Source: Escherichia coli (GTDB lineage: Bacteria > Pseudomonadota > Gammaproteobacteria > Enterobacterales > Enterobacteriaceae). From it: a stretch of DNA of 64,000 bases. The stretch's first letter is position 1. Every line of letters starts with the position of its first letter. This document shows positions 21,761-31,278 of the stretch, piece by piece. A model generated the notes under the pieces. The model was not told the origin of the DNA, did no database searches, and saw only the letters and a list, made by a program, of their open reading frames with translations. The DNA is taken from the NCBI RefSeq assembly GCF_003991155.1, contig NZ_CP031293.1. One strand, given 5' to 3'. The position numbers and the translations under genes were made by a program.

Positions 21761-23413
21761 ATGTCCAAACCATTTATCTGGCAAGAACCGTTTCTACAAA
21801 ATAAAGACGGTACAGAATATACATTAATTAGCGATCAACATATTACAGTAACGGAATTAGACGGCGAAGAAGTGATAAAAATCGCTCCTGAAGCATTAAC
21901 GCTGCTTGCCCGGCAGGCATTTTATGAAGCCTCTTTTTTCTTACGTTCCGCTCATTTGCAACAGGTCGCCAGCATTCTTAACGATCCGCACGCCAGTAGT
22001 AATGATAAATACGTTGCGTTGCAGTTATTACGTAATGCTGAAGTCTCAGCAAAAGGGGTATTACCCAACTGTCAGGATACCGGCACCGCAACTATTGTTG
22101 CCAGTAAAGGGCAACAGATATGGACCGGAGGTAACGACGCTGAAGCCTTAAGCAAAGGCATTTACACCACTTTTCAGGAAAATAATCTGCGCTTTTCACA
22201 AAATGCGCCACTGGATATGTATACCGAAGTCAATACGCAAACCAATCTACCGGCGCAGATTGATATCAGCGCCGTCGCTGGTGATGAGTACCATTTTCTC
22301 TGTATTAATAAAGGGGGCGGCTCTGCCAATAAAGCCGCGCTTTATCAGGAAACCAAATCCCTATTGCAACCAGAAAAACTGACCGCATTTTTAATCGAAA
22401 AAATGAAATCGCTGGGCACCGCTGCCTGCCCGCCTTACCACATCGCCTTTGTCGTCGGAGGGCTTTCAGCCGATCAAACCTTAAAAGTTGCCAAGCTGGC
22501 CTCAACGAAATATTACGACAATTTGCCCACCAGCGGAAACGAGCAAGGACAAGCATTCCGTGATATTGAGCTGGAAAAAGTATTGCTCGAGGCCAGTCAG
22601 CAATTTGGTATTGGTGCGCAATTTGGGGGTAAATATTTCGCTCATGATATTCGCGTCATTCGTCTGCCGCGTCACGGTGGCTCTTGCCCGATAGCTATGG
22701 CGCTCTCCTGTTCTGCGGATCGCAATATCAAAGCAAAAATTAACAAGCACGGTATCTGGCTGGAAAAACTCGAACACAATCCGGGGCAATATATTCCAGC
22801 CTCACTGCGGGAAGAAAATCACGCGCAACATGTACAGCTGGATCTAAACCGTCCGTTGCGTGACGTGATGCAGGATCTCGCCAGATTACCGGTAGGCACC
22901 CGCGTGTCGTTAAGTGGTCCCATCGTAGTGGCGCGCGATATCGCCCACGCCAAAATAAAAGCGCGGCTGGATAGCGGCGAACCGATGCCGGATTACCTGA
23001 AGCATCATATTGTCTATTACGCTGGCCCGGCGAAAACACCGGAGAACATGGCCTGCGGTTCACTGGGTCCAACCACGGGCGGTCGAATGGACGGTTATGT
23101 CGATACCTTCCAGGCGGCTGGCGGCAGTCTGGTGATGTTATCGAAAGGTAACCGCAGCCAGCAGGTCACCGATGCCTGTCACAAACATGGCGGCTTCAAT
23201 CTGGGGAGTATTGGCGGTGCAGCTGCGTTACTGGCGCAAGAATATGTCAAAAGTCTGCGTTGCCTGGAATACCCGGAGCTGGGTATGGAAGCGGTGTGGA
23301 TGATGGAAGTGGAAAATTTACCCGCATTCATCCTGGTAGATGATAAAGGCAATAATTTCTTTAGTCAGTTTGAGCAGCAACACCGCTGCGCCAGTTGCCC
23401 TGCGGGACATTAA
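21761..23413 (+). CDS. fumD: Class I (Fe-S) fumarate hydratase paralogue; probable mesaconase/fumarase FumD of the methylaspartate pathway
   Basis: 550-aa ORF with FumA/FumB-like length and sequence, located in the glm-mal operon. A class I fumarase paralogue encoded with glutamate mutase/methylaspartase in E. coli O157:H7 was reported to act as mesaconase; orthology here is inferred from context. Confidence 0.8.
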   Translation: MSKPFIWQEPFLQNKDGTEYTLISDQHITVTELDGEEVIKIAPEALTLLARQAFYEASFFLRSAHLQQVASILNDPHASSNDKYVALQLLRNAEVSAKGVLPNCQDTGTATIVASKGQQIWTGGNDAEALSKGIYTTFQENNLRFSQNAPLDMYTEVNTQTNLPAQIDISAVAGDEYHFLCINKGGGSANKAALYQETKSLLQPEKLTAFLIEKMKSLGTAACPPYHIAFVVGGLSADQTLKVAKLASTKYYDNLPTSGNEQGQAFRDIELEKVLLEASQQFGIGAQFGGKYFAHDIRVIRLPRHGGSCPIAMALSCSADRNIKAKINKHGIWLEKLEHNPGQYIPASLREENHAQHVQLDLNRPLRDVMQDLARLPVGTRVSLSGPIVVARDIAHAKIKARLDSGEPMPDYLKHHIVYYAGPAKTPENMACGSLGPTTGGRMDGYVDTFQAAGGSLVMLSKGNRSQQVTDACHKHGGFNLGSIGGAAALLAQEYVKSLRCLEYPELGMEAVWMMEVENLPAFILVDDKGNNFFSQFEQQHRCASCPAGH

Positions 23414-23422
23414 GGAAAATGA

Positions 23423-24025
23423 ATGGAAGCGCGAATTTCAACTGAACGGCATGTGCAGCGCCAGCAGAAATTGAAGGAACAGGTCGATACGCGCGTCGCG
23501 GCGGCGATAGAGAAAAAAGGGATTTTGATTGTTTTCACCGGCAACGGCAAAGGGAAATCCACTGCCGCGTTTGGTACTGTGACGCGCGCGGTGGGTCATG
23601 GCAAAACGGTGGGGGTTGCGCAGTACATCAAGGGGCAATGGGACAACGGCGAATACAACCTTCTCCAACCGCTGGGGGTTGAGTTTCATATTATGGGAAC
23701 CGGTTTTACCTGGGAGACACAGAACCGGCAAGCGGATATCGACGCGGCGAAAGAGGTCTGGTCGGAAAGCAAACGGATGCTGGCTGACAAGCGTTACGAC
23801 TTAGTGGTGCTTGATGAGCTGACCTATATGCTGGCTTACCATTATCTGGACACCGAAGAAGTGATCGCTTCTCTGCAAAACCGCCCGGCACAACAAAGTG
23901 TCATTGTCACCGGACGCGGTTGCCACAGTCAGATATTAAAAATGGCGGATACGGTCAGCGAAATCCGCCCCGTCAAACATGCTTTTGATAACGGCATTCA
24001 GGCGCAGCCGGGTATCGACTGGTAA
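23423..24025 (+). CDS. Corrinoid adenosyltransferase (CobA/BtuR family, cob(I)alamin adenosyltransferase)
   Basis: 200-aa ORF with P-loop GNGKGKSTAAFG and BtuR/CobA-like length; plausible supplier of adenosylcobalamin for glutamate mutase. Confidence 0.8.
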   Translation: MEARISTERHVQRQQKLKEQVDTRVAAAIEKKGILIVFTGNGKGKSTAAFGTVTRAVGHGKTVGVAQYIKGQWDNGEYNLLQPLGVEFHIMGTGFTWETQNRQADIDAAKEVWSESKRMLADKRYDLVVLDELTYMLAYHYLDTEEVIASLQNRPAQQSVIVTGRGCHSQILKMADTVSEIRPVKHAFDNGIQAQPGIDW

Positions 24026-24028
24026 TAA

Positions 24029-24056
24029 CTGCGCCTGGCATCCCGCCAGGCGCAGG
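24029..24056. terminator. Convergent terminator hairpin (ctgcgcctgg-N8-ccaggcgcag) between the cobA-like and LysR genes
   Basis: 10-bp perfect inverted repeat followed by gtttta on the plus strand; seen directly. Confidence 0.55.
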
Positions 24057-24058
24057 TT

Positions 24059-24964
24059 TTACATCTCCTGCGGTACGACCGATTTCGCCAGCAACCATTC
24101 ACGAAATTGCTGCAAGTGCGGTGAGTCAGACTTCTCTTCCTGCCACGTCATAATAAAACGATTACCGGTACGAATAGGCACATCACAGGGAATCACCATA
24201 TCGCCACTATCCAAATCATGTTGAATAGCGAACCGTGGTAACAGCGCCACGCCGAGATTAGAGCGCACGGCGGCAATCAGCATTGAAAGCAAATCGAAAC
24301 GTGGTCCGTTATTGACCAGCGGACTGCTAACGCCAGATAAAGCAAACCACTCTTCCCAGCCAGTAATACGGGTGCTTTGATGCAGAAGTGGTAACTCAGT
24401 AAGCAGTTCTGCCACTGACAGTTTTTGATCGGACATTGCAAGCAAACTGCCGCTGCATACCGGCAAAATCTCCTCATCAAAGAGATATTCTACTTCCGCC
24501 CAGGGCGCGCAAAAATTTTCGCGCATAATGACAGCATCGTACTCCCGATTAAGAAAATCGCCGTTATTAGCTAAAGAATGAATATTAACAATAATATCGG
24601 GATGTAACTTTGTGAATTCATGTAAATTTGGGATTAACCAGTGGGTACTAAAAGTAGGATTAACGGCAAGTTCAATAACCTGAACCGTAGGCTGCCAGGT
24701 CATAATGGTATTGGTATCGCGTTCCAGCTTATTTAATGTTTCTTTTACTATCCCCAGGTAATACTTCCCTGCATCATTAAGAAAAATGCGTTTTTTAGAG
24801 TGTGAAAATAACGGAGTACGTAAAAATTCCTCCAGCGCACTTACTTGTCTGAATACTGCACTTTGGGTTAACGCTAACTCCTCTGCCGCTCTGGTATAAC
24901 TTTCATGACGTGCGACGACCTCAAAAGTCACCAGCAGTTCCGTTTTAGGTATTTTTCCTCGCAT
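24059..24964 (-). CDS. LysR-family transcriptional regulator
   Basis: 301-aa ORF with N-terminal wHTH (...TFEVVARHESYTRAAEELALTQSAVFRQVSALEE...) and LysR substrate-binding-domain length; AGGGAAGG SD. Confidence 0.85.
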   Translation of the reverse strand: MRGKIPKTELLVTFEVVARHESYTRAAEELALTQSAVFRQVSALEEFLRTPLFSHSKKRIFLNDAGKYYLGIVKETLNKLERDTNTIMTWQPTVQVIELAVNPTFSTHWLIPNLHEFTKLHPDIIVNIHSLANNGDFLNREYDAVIMRENFCAPWAEVEYLFDEEILPVCSGSLLAMSDQKLSVAELLTELPLLHQSTRITGWEEWFALSGVSSPLVNNGPRFDLLSMLIAAVRSNLGVALLPRFAIQHDLDSGDMVIPCDVPIRTGNRFIMTWQEEKSDSPHLQQFREWLLAKSVVPQEM

Positions 24965-25234
24965 AATGCCTTCCCTTAAAAATAGTTGAAACTATCAAAA
25001 AACCATTACTTATTGCTAAGTAATGGCAACCAAAGCAGCAATCAATATTTTATAAAAATCATGTTCGATATTTATAACCTGGTAAGCCTGGCGTGACAAT
25101 TGTCTCAATCAGACAATAATAATCCGAAAAGCAAAACGCCCTTCGGATTATTATGATTCAAGTTAAGTGAAGATTATTAAATTGATAGCAATTATCATAT
25201 CTATGGATATTATGACAAACAATCAACAAAAATT

Positions 25235-26905
25235 TTATTTTTGATTTATAGCATATCCTTCTAAGAATTTTTGCGAAGCTGCAATATCTGGGGTAAAGAC
25301 CCGATCCTGGTCGACAAACGGCACGACTTTTCTGTATTCGGTAAACATTGCTTTGGTGGATTTCCCTAATGCCAGTTGTGGATCGGCCTGCAACCGTAAA
25401 TCGAGAGCCTGTGCGGAATGCATCAGTTCAATGCCATAAATCACGTTCAGATTATCGACAACCTGTTTCAATCTTCTGGCCGCGTGGTCATTATTGGCAC
25501 CGGTATCTTCTATACCTCCGGCAACCGGTTGAATATCGAAAGAAACCGGGTTAGCGAGATCGACATTTTCCGCATGCAGCGCAACAAACGGGATATGTAA
25601 TGAACCGAAGCCATGACCTTTATTACCTGCTGCCGACAGGAAGCGTGACAAACCGGTAAAGTGATCATCTTCAAGATGCAGCGAGCGGCGCATACTGTTA
25701 TGTGAAACATGCACTAACGCCACGGTCAGACGCTGGGTGGCAAGCGCAACCGGTAACGATTCGAAATTCGCCGTCGGGAAGATCCCACCGCTGATTGCCC
25801 CATCTTTAACAAAATATTGCGCGACCTGACTGGAGTCCTGATACGCTTTGTCTGCATTCAGCACGGTTGCCGGGTTGTCATCGGAACTGTTGATCTGCAC
25901 GGTAATGGTATCTTCAGCATCGCGCAACGCGCGCATTGCCTCAGAAATGGTATACACCGTCGTTCTGAACGATAACGGATCCTGCAATGCACGTTTGTCA
26001 TGCTTATGCCATAAATAAGAACCACTTAACGCATCGCGAATCTCTTTAGCGGAATCAGCCAACTGCGGGAAAGGACGCACGGCGATCGACTGCGGCAGTA
26101 CCGGCGCGACATTGCCATTCAACGCTTCCAGACTCATAGCGAAAACCACCGGGCTGACATTCAGCAACTGACGTGCCGAACGAACAGCTTCGATAGCGTA
26201 GGCTGTCCCGACGCTGTTGTTCGATAAAATCGCCAGCATATCTTTACCCTGCGGTACCAGTGGCTTAAGTCCCACTTTCGCCAGCGCGTCACCACCGCTC
26301 ATTTGCACGCCATTTACTCGGGCTTTCCATTCCCCCATCATCACCAGACCAACGTGCGAAGCGAGCATAATATCCGCTGCGCCGATACTTCCCCGCACCG
26401 GAATTAACGGTGTAACGCCGCGATTAATAAATTCGGCATACAACTCGGCAATATAAGGCTGTGCGCCGGTTTGCCCATGCAGCATGGTATTTAAACGTAA
26501 TACCATTGAAAGGCGTGCCAGATAATCCGGTAACATCGGACCAACGCCCGCAGAATGGGCGCGCAGCGCGGCAGCATTAAATTTTTTCGACGCGTCAATC
26601 ACCTCAGGCGTTAAATTTCCTTTGGCATCAAATATGGGCTGATCTTTATTTAGCCCCACGCCCACGGTTAAGCCATAAACAGGCGTACCTGAATGCGCGG
26701 CAGTCATCACCAGATCATAACTTTTTTCCATGCGCTCCATGGCGTTCGACGCGATTTTGACGCCGTTATCACCTAATGCAATTGACCAGGCCTGGTCAAT
26801 GGAAAGATGTTCGCCATCCAGCGTAATGGTTGATTTCGCCATCGCAATGGAGCAAACGCTCCAGAGCACAACGGTGACAGTGACTCTTCGTATCAATCCT
26901 TTCAT
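25235..26905 (-). CDS. Histidine ammonia-lyase (HAL/PAL) family protein with N-terminal signal peptide and apparently degenerate MIO motif
   Basis: 556-aa ORF. N-terminus MKGLIRRVTVTVVLWSVCSIAMA-KS looks like a Sec signal peptide; the rest aligns by eye with HutH (YGLTVGVG, ...PVRGSIGAADIMLASH...), but the canonical GASGDL (Ala-Ser-Gly MIO precursor) reads GAADIM. Confidence 0.7.
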   Translation of the reverse strand: MKGLIRRVTVTVVLWSVCSIAMAKSTITLDGEHLSIDQAWSIALGDNGVKIASNAMERMEKSYDLVMTAAHSGTPVYGLTVGVGLNKDQPIFDAKGNLTPEVIDASKKFNAAALRAHSAGVGPMLPDYLARLSMVLRLNTMLHGQTGAQPYIAELYAEFINRGVTPLIPVRGSIGAADIMLASHVGLVMMGEWKARVNGVQMSGGDALAKVGLKPLVPQGKDMLAILSNNSVGTAYAIEAVRSARQLLNVSPVVFAMSLEALNGNVAPVLPQSIAVRPFPQLADSAKEIRDALSGSYLWHKHDKRALQDPLSFRTTVYTISEAMRALRDAEDTITVQINSSDDNPATVLNADKAYQDSSQVAQYFVKDGAISGGIFPTANFESLPVALATQRLTVALVHVSHNSMRRSLHLEDDHFTGLSRFLSAAGNKGHGFGSLHIPFVALHAENVDLANPVSFDIQPVAGGIEDTGANNDHAARRLKQVVDNLNVIYGIELMHSAQALDLRLQADPQLALGKSTKAMFTEYRKVVPFVDQDRVFTPDIAASQKFLEGYAINQK

Positions 26906-26955
26906 TGTGTTTCCTTATCATGATGAGTTTAACAACGGGTTACTGCGACAACGTT

Positions 26956-27906
26956 TTAATTTGTTCTATCTGTTTTCCCCCGCCGGACAATACTGGTCAC
27001 CAGGCGAGCGGCAACTTTCGCAGTTAAATTATCGCGGTCCAGGTCCGGGTTAAGTTCGGCAATATCCGCAGCAATCAACTTCTCGCTACCGGCGATTAAA
27101 TTCACAATGGCTTCAGTAATATTTAACGGCACGCCTAACGGTGATGGAGCAGAAACACCGGGCGCCTGATAACCTGGTAAAACATCGAGACAAATCGTTA
27201 AATAAATGGCGTCACAAGCCTGAATATCTGCCGAGAGCGCATTAGCGATCTCATGCAAACCACGTTCAAATTGCAGAGATTCGTCCAGCCAATAACGCAC
27301 ACCGAGACAATCAGCGCGATCAAATAACGCCTGAGTATTGGCAAAACGACTTATTCCCAGCACGCGATAATGAAACGGTTTGCCATGCTGCGCGTTCCAC
27401 TCTTGCATCTGACGAAACGGCGTACCTGAATTGGCTTGTTCCGCCATCCGTAAATCAAAATGCGCGTCAAGGTTCACAATCAGTAACCGCTGAATATCCG
27501 GACGCGACTGCATAATCCCCTGAAATGTTCCCCACGCCACTTCATGACCGCCCCCCAGAACCACCGGTAAACTGCCGCGCGCAATGGCTGTAGATACGTT
27601 AGCCGCCAGACGATTTTGTGCGGATTCCAGCGCGTGGTCCTCGCTTTGTACATCGCCCATATCGAAAATAGCGCCTTCACAGAGCACTGGCATATTTCCC
27701 AACATGCTGCGCAACGCGCCCGGTCCGCCTGCTGCACCCGCTCGCCCATCATTACGTTGCACTCCGTCATCAACGGCAAAACCAATCAGCGTACAACCGC
27801 CGTGGCTTTGTTCACTAAACGGTTGCACATGCTGATGCCAGCGAGTGCTGATGCCGGTTTCCTGCGAGTCAACACGCCCACTCCACGGCAAAAATGTTTG
27901 CTTCAT
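26956..27906 (-). CDS. hutG: Formimidoylglutamase (arginase-family HutG)
   Basis: ORF-track frame extends to 27945; start set to MKQTFLPW, whose ATG overlaps the hutI stop by 1 nt. Arginase-fold motifs (GGGHEVAWG, NLDAHFDLR, DVLPGYQAPGVSAPSPLG) resemble Salmonella/Klebsiella HutG. Confidence 0.85.
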   Translation of the reverse strand: MKQTFLPWSGRVDSQETGISTRWHQHVQPFSEQSHGGCTLIGFAVDDGVQRNDGRAGAAGGPGALRSMLGNMPVLCEGAIFDMGDVQSEDHALESAQNRLAANVSTAIARGSLPVVLGGGHEVAWGTFQGIMQSRPDIQRLLIVNLDAHFDLRMAEQANSGTPFRQMQEWNAQHGKPFHYRVLGISRFANTQALFDRADCLGVRYWLDESLQFERGLHEIANALSADIQACDAIYLTICLDVLPGYQAPGVSAPSPLGVPLNITEAIVNLIAGSEKLIAADIAELNPDLDRDNLTAKVAARLVTSIVRRGKTDRTN

Positions 27907-29117
27907 TACCAACTCCTTTTTCCGCCGACAATAAGCCCCTGGCAAGGCTGATGCCCAAACCAGTAAGCCAGTTCACGTGGATGATTAAGATCCCAGACCG
28001 CCATATCCGCCCGTAATCCCGGTGCAAGTTCACCCCGGTCAATAAGTCCAAGTGCCTTTGCCGCATTACGCGTAACGCCCTGAACGGCTTCCAGCGGCGT
28101 CATGCGAAACAGCGTACAGGCCATATTGATCATCAATGGCAATGACATATTGGGAGACGTTCCGGGATTATGGTCCGTGGAGATAGCAATCGGCACACCT
28201 GCGGCCCGCAGAGCGACAATCGGCGGCAGATGGGTTTCGCGCAGGAAGTAATAAGCACCGGGAAGCAAAACCGCCACTGTTCCAGCCGCTTTCATGGCGG
28301 CGATCCCCGACTCGCTCAGGTACTCCAGATGATCGCAGGAGAGTGCAGAAAACGCCGCTGCCAGCGCCGCGCCTTGCTGGTCAGAAAGCTGTTCGGCATG
28401 CAGTTTTACAGGTAATCCATAGCTTTGCGCTTTACTGAAAACGCGCCGTACCTGCTCTGGAGTAAAGGCGATGTTTTCACAAAAAGCATCAACTGCATCA
28501 ATCAGCCCCTGTTCATGCAACACGCACATCCAGTCGCAAAGCGCCGTAATGTAATCATCACTGCGCCCGGCAAACTCTGGCGGCAGGCTGTGCGCCCCGA
28601 GAAACGTAGACTGAATATGTAACCCGGTAGATTGCTGCAAGCGGCGGATCACGCGTAAACAACGTGCTTCATCTTCCAGCGTTAAGCCATAACCCGATTT
28701 GATTTCAAGCGTACTGACGCCTTCACGTTGCCAGTTTCGCAGTCGCTGCGCCGCCAGTTCAAACAACTGTGTTTCGCTGGCTGCCCGCGTGGCATTAACC
28801 GTAGATAAGATCCCGCCGCCCGCTCTGGCGATATCTTCATAAGCCACGCCTTGCAACCGCATCTCAAACTCGTTCGCCCTCTGGCCGCCATACACCAGAT
28901 GTGTATGACAATCCACCAGACCGGGTGTCAGCAACTTACCCTGTAGATCGTGTTCCTCTGTAATATCAGCCGTCAGTTCACGGGGGATCTGCGTGGCCTT
29001 CCCAAGCCAGACAATCGAGTCACCACGGCTGATTAATGCCCCCTTTTCAATCACTCCCCAATCGTTAGCGGAAAGCGTCGCCAGCGTGGTATTTCGCCAG
29101 AGCGTTAATGCACTCAT
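27906..29117 (-). CDS. hutI: Imidazolonepropionase
   Basis: ORF-track frame extends to 29150; start set to MSALTLWRN (ATGA overlap with the hutD stop). Amidohydrolase motif DCHTHLVYGG and overall collinearity with HutI. Confidence 0.85.
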   Translation of the reverse strand: MSALTLWRNTTLATLSANDWGVIEKGALISRGDSIVWLGKATQIPRELTADITEEHDLQGKLLTPGLVDCHTHLVYGGQRANEFEMRLQGVAYEDIARAGGGILSTVNATRAASETQLFELAAQRLRNWQREGVSTLEIKSGYGLTLEDEARCLRVIRRLQQSTGLHIQSTFLGAHSLPPEFAGRSDDYITALCDWMCVLHEQGLIDAVDAFCENIAFTPEQVRRVFSKAQSYGLPVKLHAEQLSDQQGAALAAAFSALSCDHLEYLSESGIAAMKAAGTVAVLLPGAYYFLRETHLPPIVALRAAGVPIAISTDHNPGTSPNMSLPLMINMACTLFRMTPLEAVQGVTRNAAKALGLIDRGELAPGLRADMAVWDLNHPRELAYWFGHQPCQGLIVGGKRSW

Positions 29118-29704
29118 AAGGATTTTTCCCCTCGTAGATAATAAAGCCACCAGCCCGCCAGCTCACCGACGGAGACTTTCTTCCGTGGTACGAAACGCCA
29201 GGGCCTGCCATCAGGTGCAACCAGCCATAACAACATATTTGCCGCGACAAACACCCTTTTCTTGCCGCTTATCCACTCCCCTTCACACAGCGTGAACAGG
29301 CCCGCTTGCGCAAGTGACGGAGGACGCCAGTCAACGGCACTTTGCACCCGCAACATCCCCGCATCGCCTTCCCGCGCCATAACATTCAGATCGCGAACCC
29401 CGCCGCCCAGCAGCTGGCAATCAGGCATAGCTTCTCCAGGGAAAATTAAGGCGGGATCGTGACGTTGCAGGTTGATGATCGAATCGGCAAACGTTAGCTT
29501 CACCCCTTCCCCGTCGAGAATCGCGAGGCCACGAACCACGCCAGGCCACGCTGAAAAAGAGCCATCCTGACTGACATTCGCCATACTGATGCGCAACAAC
29601 CAGTTTTCATCATCGGGCCAGGCAAGCAGCTGTCGGGTAAACCCCCCGCCGTTGCGCCACGGTTGCAGCGGCTTATCCATTGCAGAAATCAGCATCGGTT
29701 CCAT
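29114..29704 (-). CDS. hutD: HutD/Ves-family protein
   Basis: 196-aa ORF with the PWRNGGG motif I associate with HutD/Ves; located within the hut cluster. Confidence 0.7.
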   Translation of the reverse strand: MEPMLISAMDKPLQPWRNGGGFTRQLLAWPDDENWLLRISMANVSQDGSFSAWPGVVRGLAILDGEGVKLTFADSIINLQRHDPALIFPGEAMPDCQLLGGGVRDLNVMAREGDAGMLRVQSAVDWRPPSLAQAGLFTLCEGEWISGKKRVFVAANMLLWLVAPDGRPWRFVPRKKVSVGELAGWWLYYLRGEKSL

Positions 29705-29705
29705 A

Positions 29706-31115
29706 TTAAGACTCGGGATAAATCGTATAAGCAGGAACGCAGGTGGTGCGTTTGGCCCACGGGTAATAGATAACGGCGGTAATTAACAAGCCGACAATCC
29801 AGGAGATATCCGCCCCATCCATCAGGACAGAAATGGGTCCCTGATACAGTTTTTGATTCAGGAAGGGGATCTGCACCAACACGCCTACGCCATAGCACGT
29901 CAAAGCGGTTTTGTTATACGCGCCATAACGCCCTTCCGGGGTATAAAGTGCCGGAATATCGGTTTTACCTTGTGAGATGAAGTAGTAGTCGATGAGATTA
30001 ATGGCGCTCCACGGCACAAATACCGTCAACAGCAGCAGAACGAAGTTTTTGAAATTATTCAAAAAATCTGCGCTTGCCGCCAGCGCGACGACCATCGACA
30101 ACAGCACGAACCCTACAACGTAGGCAGCACGAACACGCTGTGAAACCTGACTGCGATTATTAAAGGCGCTGACGGTCGCCAGAATCGACATAAAGCCACC
30201 GTAGGCATTCAAACAGTTCACCGTCAGTTTGCCGCAAACAATCACCGTATAAATCAGAATGGCGAAGGTGGGTCCGGCTAACTCACCCATAAAACCAACC
30301 TGATCCTTCAGGAAGTTAGCACCACAGGCCGCAACAAGCACGCCAAACGTCATGGCACATTGCGCGCCAAGCGTGGTTCCCAGAAAGGTGGCAAAGAAGA
30401 TTGATTTTGCTGGCGTATCAGAGGGTAAATAGCGGGAATAATCAGAGGCGTAAGGGGCAAACGTTAATTGCCATCCGGCAGAGAGAGCAATCGTTAATAA
30501 AAAGACCGACAGACTAAATGGCTTTTGACCAAATGCCGCAGCCACATCGTAGTGACCGCTAAGTTGAGTGGCCAGGTAAATAAACCCCAGAATACTTAAT
30601 ATCCCTGCAACACGGCCAACGACGTGAATAAGTTTATAACCGACCAATGCGATCATCGCGGTCAGCATGCCGAAAATAATAATTCCGGTCGATGCCGATT
30701 CGAAACCAAATATCCGGTTAATCGCCTGACCGGATAATACTGTACCCGTCGCGGCAAATCCAAGGTACATAATAATCACCATCAGTAACGGTAGCGCCGC
30801 TCCTTTAACGCCAAAGCGGATACGACTGGAGATCATCTGGGGTAATCCCAGCTTTGCCCCCTGCGACGAGTGCAATGCCATTACTGCACCACCAATAATA
30901 TTACCGATTAATAAACCAATTATTGCTGACATGGCTTCGGAGCCAAAAATAATCGCTAACGCGCCGTCCACCACAGCGGTAATTTGTAAGTTAGCACTTA
31001 GCCATAAAGTAAACTGACTGGATGGCGAGCCGTGGCGAGCAGACTCAGGAACGGCGTTAATCGTATTTGATTCTAATACTGGCTTTTTACTGCGGATAGG
31101 GCTGCTTGATTCCAT
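29706..31115 (-). CDS. NCS1-family permease (cytosine/purine/uracil/thiamine/allantoin permease family); putative urocanate/histidine-related transporter
   Basis: ORF-track frame extends to 31160; start set to MESSSPIRSK (AGGAGA SD 7 nt upstream). Multi-TM protein with NCS1/CodB-like layout; substrate inferred only from the hut context. Confidence 0.75.
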   Translation of the reverse strand: MESSSPIRSKKPVLESNTINAVPESARHGSPSSQFTLWLSANLQITAVVDGALAIIFGSEAMSAIIGLLIGNIIGGAVMALHSSQGAKLGLPQMISSRIRFGVKGAALPLLMVIIMYLGFAATGTVLSGQAINRIFGFESASTGIIIFGMLTAMIALVGYKLIHVVGRVAGILSILGFIYLATQLSGHYDVAAAFGQKPFSLSVFLLTIALSAGWQLTFAPYASDYSRYLPSDTPAKSIFFATFLGTTLGAQCAMTFGVLVAACGANFLKDQVGFMGELAGPTFAILIYTVIVCGKLTVNCLNAYGGFMSILATVSAFNNRSQVSQRVRAAYVVGFVLLSMVVALAASADFLNNFKNFVLLLLTVFVPWSAINLIDYYFISQGKTDIPALYTPEGRYGAYNKTALTCYGVGVLVQIPFLNQKLYQGPISVLMDGADISWIVGLLITAVIYYPWAKRTTCVPAYTIYPES

Positions 31116-31278
31116 GAAAAAGTCTCCTGCAAAATGAGAGGTCATTTTTTGAAACAGCAATAGAGGGTCGGGAGATATTTCTCTCGACGATGTAAAAATA
31201 TTTTTTGATAATTATTGTTATACAGGCGAATTATTCTCCGCCTGTATTAGCGCAAATATTAAATGACGGCGTTAATAT

